DNA from: a virus
Taxonomy: Duplodnaviria; Caudoviricetes
DNA: 48,018 nucleotides
Virus record (IMG/VR): IMGVR_UViG_3300037722_000305
Span: 1 to 48,018 of that record
Strand: one strand, 5' to 3'
Shown piece by piece: positions 7,695 through 17,973 of this stretch (within the stretch, counting starts at the first letter, position 1; each line of letters begins with the position of its first letter). The notes beneath the pieces are model-generated. The model had not been told where the DNA came from, searched no databases, and was given only the letters and a program-made list of their open reading frames with translations. A program made the position numbers and the translations under genes.

Positions 7695-9314
7695 ATGACA
7701 CACACACCGTTTGACAATGCAAGTACAACCTATGATGTAGGCGATTTTATCCCGCAGACGTGGCGCGGATGGGATGATTACTCGTCACGTCTTGCCCGTT
7801 ACGAAATCCTTGAGGGCTATTACCACAACCTTGCCTATCATAAAATCATGCCCTACGCTCAACAGATTAAAGTTACCGAGAGTATGTATAAGCATGTACG
7901 TGGTGTCCGAAACCCTGTTCGGCGCAATGCGGAAGCGATTGTTTCAAAGATTTACGGGGGAATGCTGGACACTGAAACGGGCTTGACTGGCAGTATCCCC
8001 TTGCAATCCGAGAATGAAACCCTCATTGAGAGCATCACGCGCTTATGGGAGTTGAGTATGTGGGGTCAAAAGAAATCGCTCTATGTCCGTAACGGGGCAA
8101 TTAAGGGTGATAGTTTCATCAAGGTTGTAGATGATATTCAAAAAGAACACGTTCGCCTTGAACCCGTTGACCCGGCAAAAGTCAAGCGGATTGAAAAAGA
8201 AGCGGATGGTACAATTGTCTATGCTGAATTTGAATATTACATCCGTGATACAGAGACGGGATTTAACCGCCTCTATCGCGAGATTATCACGCCGGAGAAA
8301 ATTCAGGTATTCACACGCGAGAACATCTATCGTAATGGGCGCTTTGTTAGTTCACAGATAGTCCCCTTCGATAGATTTAAAAATGCTCGAAATGAATCTG
8401 TTCCGGAGTGGGAAAACGAATATGGTTTCGTGCCACTGATACACGTTCAGCATACGGATATGGGGATGCAGTATGGGGCGTGTGCGGTACATGGAACACT
8501 CCACAAAATCAATGAACTGAATGACCTTGCAAGTATCGTCAATGATGCTATGCGTAATCAGTCGATGTTGCCATTGGTCACGATTAATGCAAAAGTTGGA
8601 AGTATCGACTTCGGCGCAGACCGTAGCACAAGTGCCGATAATACCAGTGACGACCCGAAAAAGGACACGATGAAGGTACTCAACATATCAGGGACGGATG
8701 CCGATATTAAAACCCTTGCCCCGACACTGAACGTTGCTGATGCCCTGCAAGCCATTCTTGCTGGGAATGATGAGATTGAAAAAGATATGCCCCTGCTATC
8801 GTTACACCGTCTACGTGATAGCAGTAACCTAACTGCGCCCGGCGTTCGTAGTGCCTATGATGATGCCATTGCACAGGTGCAAGATATTCGGAATGGTTAC
8901 GATAACGGCTTGGTCAAGGCGCAAAAAATGGCGTTATGGATGATGGATTATCGGCGCTATGAGAATGCCCCGTCTATCAATGCCCCGATGTGGGATGACG
9001 ATGGTTATGCTCATCAGATTGCGGCGCGTCCTGTCATTAGCGATACACTTGGCTTAAATGAGCAACTTAATCTTACGCTACAGGGGCTATCTGCCAATGC
9101 GCCAAAGTCGTTCTATGTCAAGGCGGGTTGGAGTGAAAGCGAAGCAAATGACATAGTATCCGGCATAGAACGTGCCAAACGCAGAGAGCAACGCATGTCT
9201 ATTCGCAATCTATTAGCACAGAATGAAGTAGCAGACCGCCCCGCAACCGAAAATGATATATCTCAGAATGGAGTAGAGGCTAGTGACATTGCCATTGGAC
9301 CCGAAGTCGCGTAA
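7695..9314 (+). CDS. Portal protein
   Basis: 539 aa directly after terL; GDSFIKV and NEYGFVPLIH resemble SPP1 gp6-like portals. Confidence 0.8.
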   Translation: MTHTPFDNASTTYDVGDFIPQTWRGWDDYSSRLARYEILEGYYHNLAYHKIMPYAQQIKVTESMYKHVRGVRNPVRRNAEAIVSKIYGGMLDTETGLTGSIPLQSENETLIESITRLWELSMWGQKKSLYVRNGAIKGDSFIKVVDDIQKEHVRLEPVDPAKVKRIEKEADGTIVYAEFEYYIRDTETGFNRLYREIITPEKIQVFTRENIYRNGRFVSSQIVPFDRFKNARNESVPEWENEYGFVPLIHVQHTDMGMQYGACAVHGTLHKINELNDLASIVNDAMRNQSMLPLVTINAKVGSIDFGADRSTSADNTSDDPKKDTMKVLNISGTDADIKTLAPTLNVADALQAILAGNDEIEKDMPLLSLHRLRDSSNLTAPGVRSAYDDAIAQVQDIRNGYDNGLVKAQKMALWMMDYRRYENAPSINAPMWDDDGYAHQIAARPVISDTLGLNEQLNLTLQGLSANAPKSFYVKAGWSESEANDIVSGIERAKRREQRMSIRNLLAQNEVADRPATENDISQNGVEASDIAIGPEVA

Positions 9315-9468
9315 AATCACGGGCGACCCGTTACCGCTTGAGGAATTGTTGGATATAGCGGAAATCGACATAGAGGATATTGAGAACGCCGCCGATTGGT
9401 GGGATGAAAACGCAAGCCTGGAATGGGAAGGCGCGTTGGATAGCGACCCTGTAGAGGATGACCGATGA
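9283..9468 (+). CDS. Small acidic hypothetical protein
   Basis: 61-aa ORF with upstream GAGG, coupled to the next gene by ATGA. Confidence 0.45.
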   Translation: MTLPLDPKSRKITGDPLPLEELLDIAEIDIEDIENAADWWDENASLEWEGALDSDPVEDDR

Positions 9469-9656
9469 GAAATATCCCACCCTGCCCGATTTGCAAGAGT
9501 GGCAATACGCAATATCACACATCAAAATCTGATATGTATTGGTGTCGTGATTGCAATAATGCGTATGATAAACATACAAAAAAGACCGTACAAAAAGTTA
9601 TTTCAGGTCTTGTTTTCCGATTATTCAAATACACATCACGAGGGAGGAATAAATGA
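9465..9656 (+). CDS. Small zinc-ribbon protein
   Basis: CPIC and WCRDC motifs; ATGA coupling. Confidence 0.5.
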   Translation: MRNIPPCPICKSGNTQYHTSKSDMYWCRDCNNAYDKHTKKTVQKVISGLVFRLFKYTSRGRNK

Positions 9657-9859
9657 CAGATAAACGTTTCCGTGTTCTCGTGATTGAACACAATGAACCT
9701 AAAAGCATCATTGCAGACCATGACCTTATCCCTGTTACTTTTGAAGGAGTAACTGGATTTATCAGTAAATCATTATATGATGTTCTCCTCACAAAAGAGA
9801 ATGAGTTACGTGATATACTAGGTATATGGATTAGTGAGCCAACAAAGGATGACAAATGA
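9653..9859 (+). CDS. Hypothetical protein
   Basis: Strong RBS GGAGG; ATGA coupling. Confidence 0.55.
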   Translation: MTDKRFRVLVIEHNEPKSIIADHDLIPVTFEGVTGFISKSLYDVLLTKENELRDILGIWISEPTKDDK

Positions 9860-10051
9860 ACGCTTATGAACTAGCACGATTGTCAATCATGAATGAAGAT
9901 GAGGCGCAGGTATTCTTGATAGGATTAAAGGGTCTGTTGTATGGCGTGTGGAGATGATTATAGAGTTGTCCAATTGTGGTTTCTCGGCATTCAAAATTAT
10001 TCAATATATTGATGACGACCCAATGTTTTTGTTAGCTTATCTGGCGCTTTC

Positions 10052-10663
10052 GTGACACTCCCAATTCTGAGCAGGTTTTCGTTTTCCAATTCAATCCAGC
10101 AATGGATTAATGTCCAAACTTTGCGACCCGTGATTAATCGTGTCGTCAATCGGCAGGTACAAGCGACGAAAGAAGTTCCGACGAGTGAATTACGGCGTGC
10201 TACATCACAATTATACGGGGGGCGTATTACCTTAGAGCAATGGCAGACTGTGGTGGCGTATGAATTAAAAGATGCTCATCTTGCACAGGCGATGCTTGCC
10301 GTTGGTGGCAAGAATAACCTATCCCCTGCTACCCTATCACGGTTGCGTGATACGCTACGCAAGGAATACGGGTTCTTAAATCAATTCGCTATCGACATCA
10401 AAAGCGGGAGTGTATCAGAAGCCCAAGCATTAGCCCGTGTCAATCAATATGCCAAAGCCAGCCAGCAAAGTTATTATCGTGAATATGCGATGTTGCGGAC
10501 GGGGCGCTTCGTAAATTGGGATGTAAATCCGGGTGAGAACTGTTCCGGTTGTCTGGACATGCAATCGCAGAACCCGCATGACGCGGCAACCATGACCAAG
10601 TTTCCCGGCTCGGGCGATACCCCGTGTCGGGGGAATTGTAACTGTACATTATCGGAAGCGTAG
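10052..10663 (+). CDS. Minor head/head morphogenesis protein (Mu gpF/SPP1 gp7-like)
   Basis: C-terminal ENCSGC...PG....CRGNCNC cysteine motif; lies between portal and scaffold. Confidence 0.65.
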   Translation: MTLPILSRFSFSNSIQQWINVQTLRPVINRVVNRQVQATKEVPTSELRRATSQLYGGRITLEQWQTVVAYELKDAHLAQAMLAVGGKNNLSPATLSRLRDTLRKEYGFLNQFAIDIKSGSVSEAQALARVNQYAKASQQSYYREYAMLRTGRFVNWDVNPGENCSGCLDMQSQNPHDAATMTKFPGSGDTPCRGNCNCTLSEA

Positions 10664-10691
10664 TTGGTAATTTAATATTTATTACAAGGAT

Positions 10692-10723
10692 AAAGCCTGT
10701 CATATTGATGGGCTTTTTTATTT
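10692..10723 (+). terminator. Intrinsic terminator
   Basis: AAAGCCTGTCA-TAT-TGATGGGCTTT followed by TTTATTT. Confidence 0.6.
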
Positions 10724-10766
10724 CAAACATTTACCTGTAACTCACAGGGTATAACAGAGGAAAAAC

Positions 10767-11429
10767 ATGAGCGGCATTCAAGACAACCCAACCGAAGCAA
10801 CAACCAATGATACTCCAGAAGCCTCACAACCTGATAGCGAACAGGGTCAACAAAACGCGGCAACACAAGAGGCAACCTTTACGCAAGCCGATATTGACCG
10901 CATTATCGCAGACCGCCTCAAGCGTGACCGTGATGCACGGCAAAGTAAACTGCTAGAGGAATTAGGGGTATCCGATGTAGATACCCTCAAGCAGACCCTC
11001 GAAGCAGAACGCAAGCGTAAAGAAGCGGAGATGTCAGAGGTTGAAAAAGCACAAGCTGAAATTGAAAAAGCGAATAAGAAGGCGCAGGAAGCGGAACATC
11101 GGTTACAGGAAATGCAACAGCAAATCTTACAGCGTGACCGCAAAAGCGCGTTTCTGAAAGCCATTCAGGCGAATGGTGGCAAGAATGAAGATGATTTATT
11201 CATCCTTGTAACCGCTAAGTTTGCCGAAGCGTACGAGAATGTGTTTGACGGTGCTACCCCAAAAGATAGCGCCCTTTCCAAGTTTGTAAAGGATGTTCAA
11301 ACCGCATTCCCCGCTTACTTCGGCTCATCCGGCGCGGGTAGTCCAAGCAACGCGCAGGGTGTCGCTCCAACATCAGTAGACAAAGTAGACGAAGCCATGG
11401 ACATGTGGCGTAGACATCTAAGGAATTAA
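10767..11429 (+). CDS. Capsid scaffold protein
   Basis: TFTQADIDRIIADRLKR motif, EMSEVEK coiled coil, position before the capsid genes. Confidence 0.8.
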   Translation: MSGIQDNPTEATTNDTPEASQPDSEQGQQNAATQEATFTQADIDRIIADRLKRDRDARQSKLLEELGVSDVDTLKQTLEAERKRKEAEMSEVEKAQAEIEKANKKAQEAEHRLQEMQQQILQRDRKSAFLKAIQANGGKNEDDLFILVTAKFAEAYENVFDGATPKDSALSKFVKDVQTAFPAYFGSSGAGSPSNAQGVAPTSVDKVDEAMDMWRRHLRN

Positions 11430-11433
11430 TGAT

Positions 11434-11847
11434 ATGGCAGAATTAACGATTTCTGAAATTCGGGTTATCGAATGGGGTGAAGACCCTATTTCGGGTCCGA
11501 GTGACGAAACCCTTGCCGCAGGGGACGCGGTACGTTTTGATGTAACCGACGGGCAATTGACAGCCGCCAACGGTACAGACGGCACAGAGAGCGATTTTGT
11601 TGGGCTTGTTGTTGCAATTGATGCAGGGCAAGTCGTGACGGTAGCAGGGAACGGTAGCCTTGTCACACTTGGCGCAGCCCTCGCAAGCGTCAATTACGGT
11701 GCATACATCTATCTGGATGACACTGACAAGAAATTGACCACCGCATCCGGCGAAAGCACAGACACCAAAATTTTTGGGATTGTAGAAGCGGTGCATCAAC
11801 ACGGCACAGTCTACAAAGCCCTGCGTATTCGGAAAGGTGACAGCTAA
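11434..11847 (+). CDS. Capsid decoration/cement protein
   Basis: ETLAAGDAV...VGLVV...GQVVTV..G pattern; lies between scaffold and MCP. Confidence 0.6.
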   Translation: MAELTISEIRVIEWGEDPISGPSDETLAAGDAVRFDVTDGQLTAANGTDGTESDFVGLVVAIDAGQVVTVAGNGSLVTLGAALASVNYGAYIYLDDTDKKLTTASGESTDTKIFGIVEAVHQHGTVYKALRIRKGDS

Positions 11848-12959
11848 TGGCTATTCCTAACGGACTTGCACCCGGCTTTTATAATATTGACGATGTTTTA
11901 GACCGTCGTATTCAGGATGTCGGGGCGCAAACAATTAGTACAGCACTGCAACAGAGCGCACAAATCCACCAACGGATTGTGAATGAAATCTATGGCAGCT
12001 CAGTGATGCGCGTGGATTGGTTTCAACGACGTTATCGTGTCGGTGGTAATCGACGTGTTCAATCAATGACGCAAGATGGCACACCGCGTCCATTCCGTAG
12101 CGGTCTGGTCTACGATGTGGCTTTGCCCTTGCAAATCGTAGCGGATAGTATCGCTATGAATATGTGGGCAGAGAACAAACAGACCGTCCAAGACGTGAAT
12201 GACGAAATGGTGCAAATCCTCGAAGCCTTCAACGATTGGGAAAAGCGGACATTCTTAGCCGCTATCTTCACTGATACCGCGTGGACATACGCCGATGATA
12301 GTGATGATGTTGGCAATCTTACTATTCAGGTATTGGCGAACGGGTCAACGGATAGTCAGTTATACCCGCTTCGGGATGGTAGCACAGCAACCATTGACCA
12401 TTACCTCGCACAAGCCGGAAGTATCAGCAATTCGGCAAACTCCTACTCCACAGCCTATGAGACATTGAAGCAACACCCGACCAATTCAGGTCCCTATGTC
12501 TCCTACATTGCGAGTAACCTTGTCTCGGATACCAAAGCGCTTGCTGATTTCCGCCCGCTTGAAAGCACATTCATCAATTACGGCGCAAATGCAACAACCG
12601 CCGCTAACGAAGCAATGCGCTTGATGGGTTGGGGAAATGAAGTTATTGGTGTGGTTGAAGGCGCGGGCAGTGGGACAGGGATGGTTATTGTCGAAGCGGA
12701 CTTCCTGCCCTCATCCTACATTATCACACAGGCAACGGGCGCGGGTGCATTCGTGGGTGTTCGTGAAGAGCTAATCGGTGGACAGTCCCTGATTATGCGC
12801 GAAACTCGTCCCAACACCAATCACCACAAAATGGACTTCTACCGTCGTGCTGGTAAAGGTGTTGTTAATCGTGTCGCCGCTACTGTAACCCGTATCGGGA
12901 ACGGCACATATGCAGCCCCAACAGGCTACGACGCGCCATACGTTGGCATTGATAGCTAA
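11847..12959 (+). CDS. Major capsid protein
   Basis: 370 aa in the canonical position after the scaffold and decoration genes. Confidence 0.75.
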   Translation: MAIPNGLAPGFYNIDDVLDRRIQDVGAQTISTALQQSAQIHQRIVNEIYGSSVMRVDWFQRRYRVGGNRRVQSMTQDGTPRPFRSGLVYDVALPLQIVADSIAMNMWAENKQTVQDVNDEMVQILEAFNDWEKRTFLAAIFTDTAWTYADDSDDVGNLTIQVLANGSTDSQLYPLRDGSTATIDHYLAQAGSISNSANSYSTAYETLKQHPTNSGPYVSYIASNLVSDTKALADFRPLESTFINYGANATTAANEAMRLMGWGNEVIGVVEGAGSGTGMVIVEADFLPSSYIITQATGAGAFVGVREELIGGQSLIMRETRPNTNHHKMDFYRRAGKGVVNRVAATVTRIGNGTYAAPTGYDAPYVGIDS

Positions 12960-13009
12960 TCTGTAAATGACGGGGAAGGCAACTTCCCTACTTGATGAAA
13001 GGCTAAACA

Positions 13010-13312
13010 ATGGCAAGTATTCAAGCTATTGCAATTACAAAAGAACAGGCATATCAATCATTGCGTGAGACAACGCAAGCCTTAGCCAGTCGCTTAGGGA
13101 TTGATGCGCCGGAATTGGATATTCACAAGCGCCATCCACTGGACTATCGCAATGCAGAAGAACTCAAACGCATGGCAGAGTTCTTAGAGCGCATTGTCGA
13201 AACAATCGACACGCCGCAAGGTGACATACAGGCTGTTGTTGAGATGGTGTCTCAGGATGATAAAAAATGGACAAAGGCGGAACTAAAAGCCCTTGTGTTA
13301 GGTGGTGACTAA
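13010..13312 (+). CDS. Hypothetical protein
   Basis: 100-aa ORF with RBS; C-terminal TKAELKAL resembles HeH-like tails. Confidence 0.55.
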   Translation: MASIQAIAITKEQAYQSLRETTQALASRLGIDAPELDIHKRHPLDYRNAEELKRMAEFLERIVETIDTPQGDIQAVVEMVSQDDKKWTKAELKALVLGGD

Positions 13313-13770
13313 TGCCAACTTACCCTGTTCATTCCCCTGCCGATGTTACCTTTACGCCTGATACGTCTGCCTATGCAGATGGTGATGTGGTTGGCGGGTT
13401 ATTGACCTTTGAATTTTCTGCAAAAACAGGGTTAATTGTGACGGTTATCCTTACGGAAGATGACAATGAGGGCGCGGTATTCGATTTGTTTTTATTCGAT
13501 AGCCAACCCTCGTCAATTGCCGATAACGCCGCGTTTGCGCCAACGTTTGCTGATATGCAGAAATTGATGCGTAAGATAGAAATTGCGAGCGCCGATTACT
13601 TCACTGAGAACAGCATCAAAGCTATTCAGGTAGACTTACAGAGTTCCGGCGCACCCTTACCATTCTGGACAGATACGATTTATGGGTATCTTGTGACGAA
13701 TGGTGCAACCGCAGAATTTGCCGCCGCGAAGACGGTACAAGTCCGCTTAATGGCGATAGGAGATAGCTAA
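13312..13770 (+). CDS. Putative virion structural protein
   Basis: TAATG coupling; beta-rich; head region. Confidence 0.55.
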   Translation: MPTYPVHSPADVTFTPDTSAYADGDVVGGLLTFEFSAKTGLIVTVILTEDDNEGAVFDLFLFDSQPSSIADNAAFAPTFADMQKLMRKIEIASADYFTENSIKAIQVDLQSSGAPLPFWTDTIYGYLVTNGATAEFAAAKTVQVRLMAIGDS

Positions 13771-13771
13771 T

Positions 13772-14263
13772 ATGGTACGAACACAAATCGACAACGACTA
13801 TCAGGAAGTTAATACTAATCGTCTGGTAGTCAATGATTACTTTGAAATCAACGGTACGGAAGTCACGGCAACCGCCAGTGAGCTAAACGGCATTGTTTCA
13901 ACACCAACAGATGCAACTATCACAGTCGGCACAGAAGCAGACAATAGTATCAATGTGGCTGTGCAACTTACGGATGCCAACGGGGATAACGTTGCGGCTA
14001 TTCATCATCTGTTGGTATACCTGAGTGACCAAGACGACGGGACAGATGTCAGTGCTGGAGCGCCGGATGCAGACGTTGCTATTGGAACAGACGGTGTTAT
14101 CTTGCTGGAATATACAACCGACCTTGTGTTTCAGGTTCAAACTGATGCAACAGGCGCATTTGATTTTGATATTGGTGATACGACAGGTACGCCAACATGG
14201 TATCTCGTGGTTGTGCTACCAAACGGGCAACAGGTCGTTAGTGACGCAATCACGTTTGCATAA
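13772..14263 (+). CDS. Putative virion structural protein (Ig-like, acidic)
   Basis: INGTEVTATASELN motif plus a beta-rich domain. Confidence 0.55.
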   Translation: MVRTQIDNDYQEVNTNRLVVNDYFEINGTEVTATASELNGIVSTPTDATITVGTEADNSINVAVQLTDANGDNVAAIHHLLVYLSDQDDGTDVSAGAPDADVAIGTDGVILLEYTTDLVFQVQTDATGAFDFDIGDTTGTPTWYLVVVLPNGQQVVSDAITFA

Positions 14264-14273
14264 GGTATAACTC

Positions 14274-14654
14274 ATGACCTTTACCTATGTAGGTACACTA
14301 ACTACAAGCTTGGACATCATTCGATTTAAACTAGGTGACACCGTTGAAGATAGCGGTGTCAAACCGAATGGTGGCAACTTTACCGATGAAGAAATCGCAG
14401 GGCTATTAAGCCTTGAGGATGATAATACAGGACGCACCGTTGCCGCATTATGTGAAGTCCTTGCTAATATCTGGGCAAACTATGTAGATACTCGTATTGG
14501 ACCCCGTGATGAGAAATTATCACAAATCCCGAAGTTCTGGCAAACCCGCGCCAAGCAGTTGCGGAGTGAAGTAGGCTACACAACTGGTAGTGTGTCAACG
14601 GGTACAATTAATCTCGGTATTGATGAAGAAGATGAGAATTTCAATATAACCTGA
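14274..14654 (+). CDS. Head-tail adaptor protein
   Basis: IRFKLGDT...FTDEEI..LL pattern; synteny. Confidence 0.65.
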   Translation: MTFTYVGTLTTSLDIIRFKLGDTVEDSGVKPNGGNFTDEEIAGLLSLEDDNTGRTVAALCEVLANIWANYVDTRIGPRDEKLSQIPKFWQTRAKQLRSEVGYTTGSVSTGTINLGIDEEDENFNIT

Positions 14655-15031
14655 TGTTACTCAATTTTATGACTGAGACAGCAACCACCACACGCAGACC
14701 TGCTGTATCTGATAGCGACGGAGCGCGAGTGACGAACTTGCAAGCCGTCAAGATTTGTGCGCCGATGTTAGCCAACGCTGTTAGCGCACACCAAGTCCGG
14801 CAAATGATAGGTTTAGAGGGCACGGCAATTCAGATATTTGAAACCTATACAGAAAGTCATGCACATACCGATGGCGGGGTTTCCGTTACACAGGTGCCTG
14901 ATATTCGCGCAGGCGATTTAATAACCATTGTCGGTGTGACTTACGCTGTTCGGCTTTGTGAGCAACAGCCCCCCACAACATCCTATGGTGCTACCCTATT
15001 GATATATATCACGGAAGATAAACGCGCATGA
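14654..15031 (+). CDS. Head closure/stopper protein
   Basis: DIRAGDLI...G.TY.V pattern; synteny. Confidence 0.6.
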   Translation: MLLNFMTETATTTRRPAVSDSDGARVTNLQAVKICAPMLANAVSAHQVRQMIGLEGTAIQIFETYTESHAHTDGGVSVTQVPDIRAGDLITIVGVTYAVRLCEQQPPTTSYGATLLIYITEDKRA

Positions 15032-15483
15032 CAACTACATTTCAAGACCCCGAACTCGTGCGTGATGAATTGGTGGCGCTATTCATTGCTGATGGGAGTT
15101 GGCAACAGGTCTATGGCTACATGCCAGCAGGGAGTGAACTTGTCGGGCTATCACGGTTTTTAGTTATCCGTCGGCGTGGCACATTACAGCAGTCATCAGG
15201 ACAATGGACAAACCCCGTTGATTATCGTTTTGCAATCACAAGTTTTGTGCTTGCCTATAGCGATATTGATAGTTGGACATCCGCGCAAGCTGAGGATAAG
15301 TTAGACGAATTAGACCAAAAAATCAGGCAAATCATTCGCACGAATATGGGCGATTTTACCAATTGCGATATAATCGCGATTGAAGATAGTTTCTCGGAAG
15401 TGCGGGATATTACAATTGAGAATAAGCCGTACATTGCAGAAGCTAGATTTGTAATTGCTAAATTAGTGAACGGGGCGGTCTAA
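15028..15483 (+). CDS. Tail terminator-like protein
   Basis: Size and synteny; AEDKLDEL helix. Confidence 0.5.
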   Translation: MTTTFQDPELVRDELVALFIADGSWQQVYGYMPAGSELVGLSRFLVIRRRGTLQQSSGQWTNPVDYRFAITSFVLAYSDIDSWTSAQAEDKLDELDQKIRQIIRTNMGDFTNCDIIAIEDSFSEVRDITIENKPYIAEARFVIAKLVNGAV

Positions 15484-15605
15484 TGCGTGATGAAGAAACC
15501 AGTTACGATAAGGTAGTAAAAGTCAGGACATACGGTTGTCTGGTATTCGCCGTTGTGATTATCGGTTGTGCGTTGATTTTTACGTTGTATTCAATGGTGG
15601 TATAA
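15483..15605 (+). CDS. Small membrane protein (40 aa)
   Basis: TAATG-coupled ORF MRDEETSYDKVVKVRTYGCLVFAVVIIGCALIFTLYSMVV, below the ORF-track cutoff. Confidence 0.45.
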   Translation: MRDEETSYDKVVKVRTYGCLVFAVVIIGCALIFTLYSMVV

Positions 15606-16085
15606 GTGACGAAATCCATTGAGATACACGGCTTACGCGAACTCCAAAACGATTTTGACAATGCCTTTTCACTCAGTCGTAAAGAAGGCAAAGCGTTCTC
15701 AAAGATGTGGGGCGAGTGGGTAACGGGACGTGTGAAAGCCTATACCCTAGATGCTGGTGCGGTTGATTTAGGCACACTGGTACAGGGGATTGATTACCAC
15801 ATAAAAGACAGTGGAAATACAATCGAAACAACTGTGAAGCCGGACGCAAAAGGCGATAAATACGCGATTTATGTAGAGCGCGGCGCGAAACCGCATAGAC
15901 CACCCGTGAAGGCATTGCAGGGATGGGCAGACCGTCATGGGATACCTGTTTGGGCGGTTGTGCGAAAGATTGAACGCGAGGGAACAGACCCGCGCTGGAT
16001 GTGGCGCGATACCTATAATGATGTACTGGATAAAGCCGATATACATGCCCGAGAATTTGGGGATAGGATACTCAAGAGACTATGA
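15606..16085 (+). CDS. HK97 gp10-like tail completion protein
   Basis: IEIHGLREL, VDLGTL..GI, YAIYVERG.KPH.PP, GT.PR motifs. Confidence 0.75.
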   Translation: MTKSIEIHGLRELQNDFDNAFSLSRKEGKAFSKMWGEWVTGRVKAYTLDAGAVDLGTLVQGIDYHIKDSGNTIETTVKPDAKGDKYAIYVERGAKPHRPPVKALQGWADRHGIPVWAVVRKIEREGTDPRWMWRDTYNDVLDKADIHAREFGDRILKRL

Positions 16086-16297
16086 AACTAAAATATGATG
16101 GAAAAGGTAAATATATCATGGGCATACCCGCCCGTGATTTAGATGAGCAAGATATTGAGATGCTCATTGCAAGTGGAATGTTTGATAATGAGCAAGCCGT
16201 CATAGATGCCTTGACGAGCAAGGGCTTATATAGTATGGAAAGAAAATATTTTCACAAGATTGAACCAAGTAATATAGATATAGAGGGTAAAGACTAA
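16082..16297 (+). CDS. Hypothetical protein
   Basis: GIPARDL motif; coupled to both neighbours. Confidence 0.6.
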   Translation: MKLKYDGKGKYIMGIPARDLDEQDIEMLIASGMFDNEQAVIDALTSKGLYSMERKYFHKIEPSNIDIEGKD

Positions 16298-17337
16298 TGG
16301 CTTACGGTGGCAAACCATTTCGTAAAATTCAAATCAGCAATGTAGAAGGCACGCCCGGCACGCCTGAGGCAGCAACAGAAATCTTATTCGGGATGCTCAC
16401 ACAAATGGTACATGATATGGTACTACATACGCCTGAGCAAGATAGAGGTGTATTGGCTAAAAATGTTGAAACACCATTCCGTGTGAGTGATGACCCCGGC
16501 GAGATTGTGATTGAGGGTGAATTGTATGACCGCCTTATGGTCTTCATTTGCGCCAATGCGATACGTGGCAATGTAACCCCCACGCAACCAGATAATGTCA
16601 ATGAGCCAAACCATTATCTGTGGGAATTTTCACCTACTATGACCGCCCCGAATACCCCCGACCAAACGAATGGGATTGATACTTTCACAATTGAATGGGG
16701 GGATAATATCGGAGCTTTCGAGATGGAATTCGCTTATACCATCTCAGTTGAAATTACAGGTGAACCGAATGAACCCATCATGGTATCGTGGACAATTTCG
16801 GGGAGACAAATCACGGCAACGACCTTTACAGGGGCATTGACAGCGCCGACTGCCGCATATTTTCCATTTAACCTATCGACATTCTATATTGATACCTCGT
16901 ATGCAGGCATTGGCGGTACTGCAAAAGCAGGGTATTTACGTGCCTTCACCTATACCTTCGAGACACAATTTACCCCTCTAAGAGCGGCAGATGGAAACTT
17001 CTACTTCACGCAATTGCAAGAAAACGTTAAAGCCCCAACACTCGAAATGACGGTCTATCGCGATGATACGATTTACGCGGCTGAGCTTGTAAAATTCCTT
17101 GCCTATTCTACGACCTATATCCGCATTGCACTATCATCGGAAACCGAGATGGATAGTGGACAAAGCAACCCCCCTTATATTTACATAGATGGGGCGTTTA
17201 AATATACCGAAATTCCTGAATTAGAAGATGAAGATGGGACTGTGGTTACAAGTGTTACTGCCGAAGGATGGTATGATGCCACCGCCGCGCAAATGATGAC
17301 AATTTCTGTTGGCACAACGATGGATGCTTACGAATAA
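16297..17337 (+). CDS. Major tail (tube) protein
   Basis: 346 aa, Thr-rich, EGTPGT N-terminal motif; upstream of chaperone and tape measure. Confidence 0.75.
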   Translation: MAYGGKPFRKIQISNVEGTPGTPEAATEILFGMLTQMVHDMVLHTPEQDRGVLAKNVETPFRVSDDPGEIVIEGELYDRLMVFICANAIRGNVTPTQPDNVNEPNHYLWEFSPTMTAPNTPDQTNGIDTFTIEWGDNIGAFEMEFAYTISVEITGEPNEPIMVSWTISGRQITATTFTGALTAPTAAYFPFNLSTFYIDTSYAGIGGTAKAGYLRAFTYTFETQFTPLRAADGNFYFTQLQENVKAPTLEMTVYRDDTIYAAELVKFLAYSTTYIRIALSSETEMDSGQSNPPYIYIDGAFKYTEIPELEDEDGTVVTSVTAEGWYDATAAQMMTISVGTTMDAYE

Positions 17338-17345
17338 GGATACCT

Positions 17346-17780
17346 ATGACCTACGATTTTTCACATCTATACAAAAACGAAACCGTTGAAGTTAAGTCCC
17401 CTGCTGGCGAAATTGCGTTTACTGTTGTCGTGCGCGAAATCACACACGGGGAAAAAACCGCCGCACAATCTAGCCTTACGAGCGCGATTGATATACCAAT
17501 GGAGGGGAGTAAGCAATCCCGCCAGCGCATTATCAAACAGCGCATTGATGAATTAGATAAAGGAGCGGCTATATCTAATGTCTCTTTAAAACAAGAAGTT
17601 GCGGCAATCCAATCATGGGATTTAGTTGATGCGAAAGGCGAACCCGTTCCTGTGTGCCTTGAGGCATGGAAGGCGTTGCCAGTTTTTTATACTAGTCAGA
17701 TTGAACCCGTGATTGAGAGGCTTAATCCTGAAATGGATGATGAATTTCATAGCGGATCAGGAAGCAACGGCACGGAATAG
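17346..17780 (+). CDS. Tail assembly chaperone (gpG-like)
   Basis: IQSWDLVDAKGEPVP motif; lies between tube and tape measure. Confidence 0.75.
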   Translation: MTYDFSHLYKNETVEVKSPAGEIAFTVVVREITHGEKTAAQSSLTSAIDIPMEGSKQSRQRIIKQRIDELDKGAAISNVSLKQEVAAIQSWDLVDAKGEPVPVCLEAWKALPVFYTSQIEPVIERLNPEMDDEFHSGSGSNGTE

Positions 17781-17973
17781 AGGGTTCAACAAAAAATCAC
17801 TCCCCGTCCCCAACGAATTAACAGATGTATATATCATGGATAAGATGGGATGGGATTATTTCACACTCCAAGCAACTCCAGACCACATTATCCAAAAGCT
17901 AAAGTTCTTCTGGCGTATCCAATCTATCCATGATGAGGCGGGGCAACCCGTTCCCAAAACAAAGCGAAAATAA
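17746..17973 (+). CDS. Tail assembly chaperone extension (gpT-like), probably reached by frameshift
   Basis: Overlapping +1 frame ORF with MGWDY..L..TP motif, ending just before the tape measure ATG. Confidence 0.6.
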   Translation, partial: FIADQEATARNRGFNKKSLPVPNELTDVYIMDKMGWDYFTLQATPDHIIQKLKFFWRIQSIHDEAGQPVPKTKRK

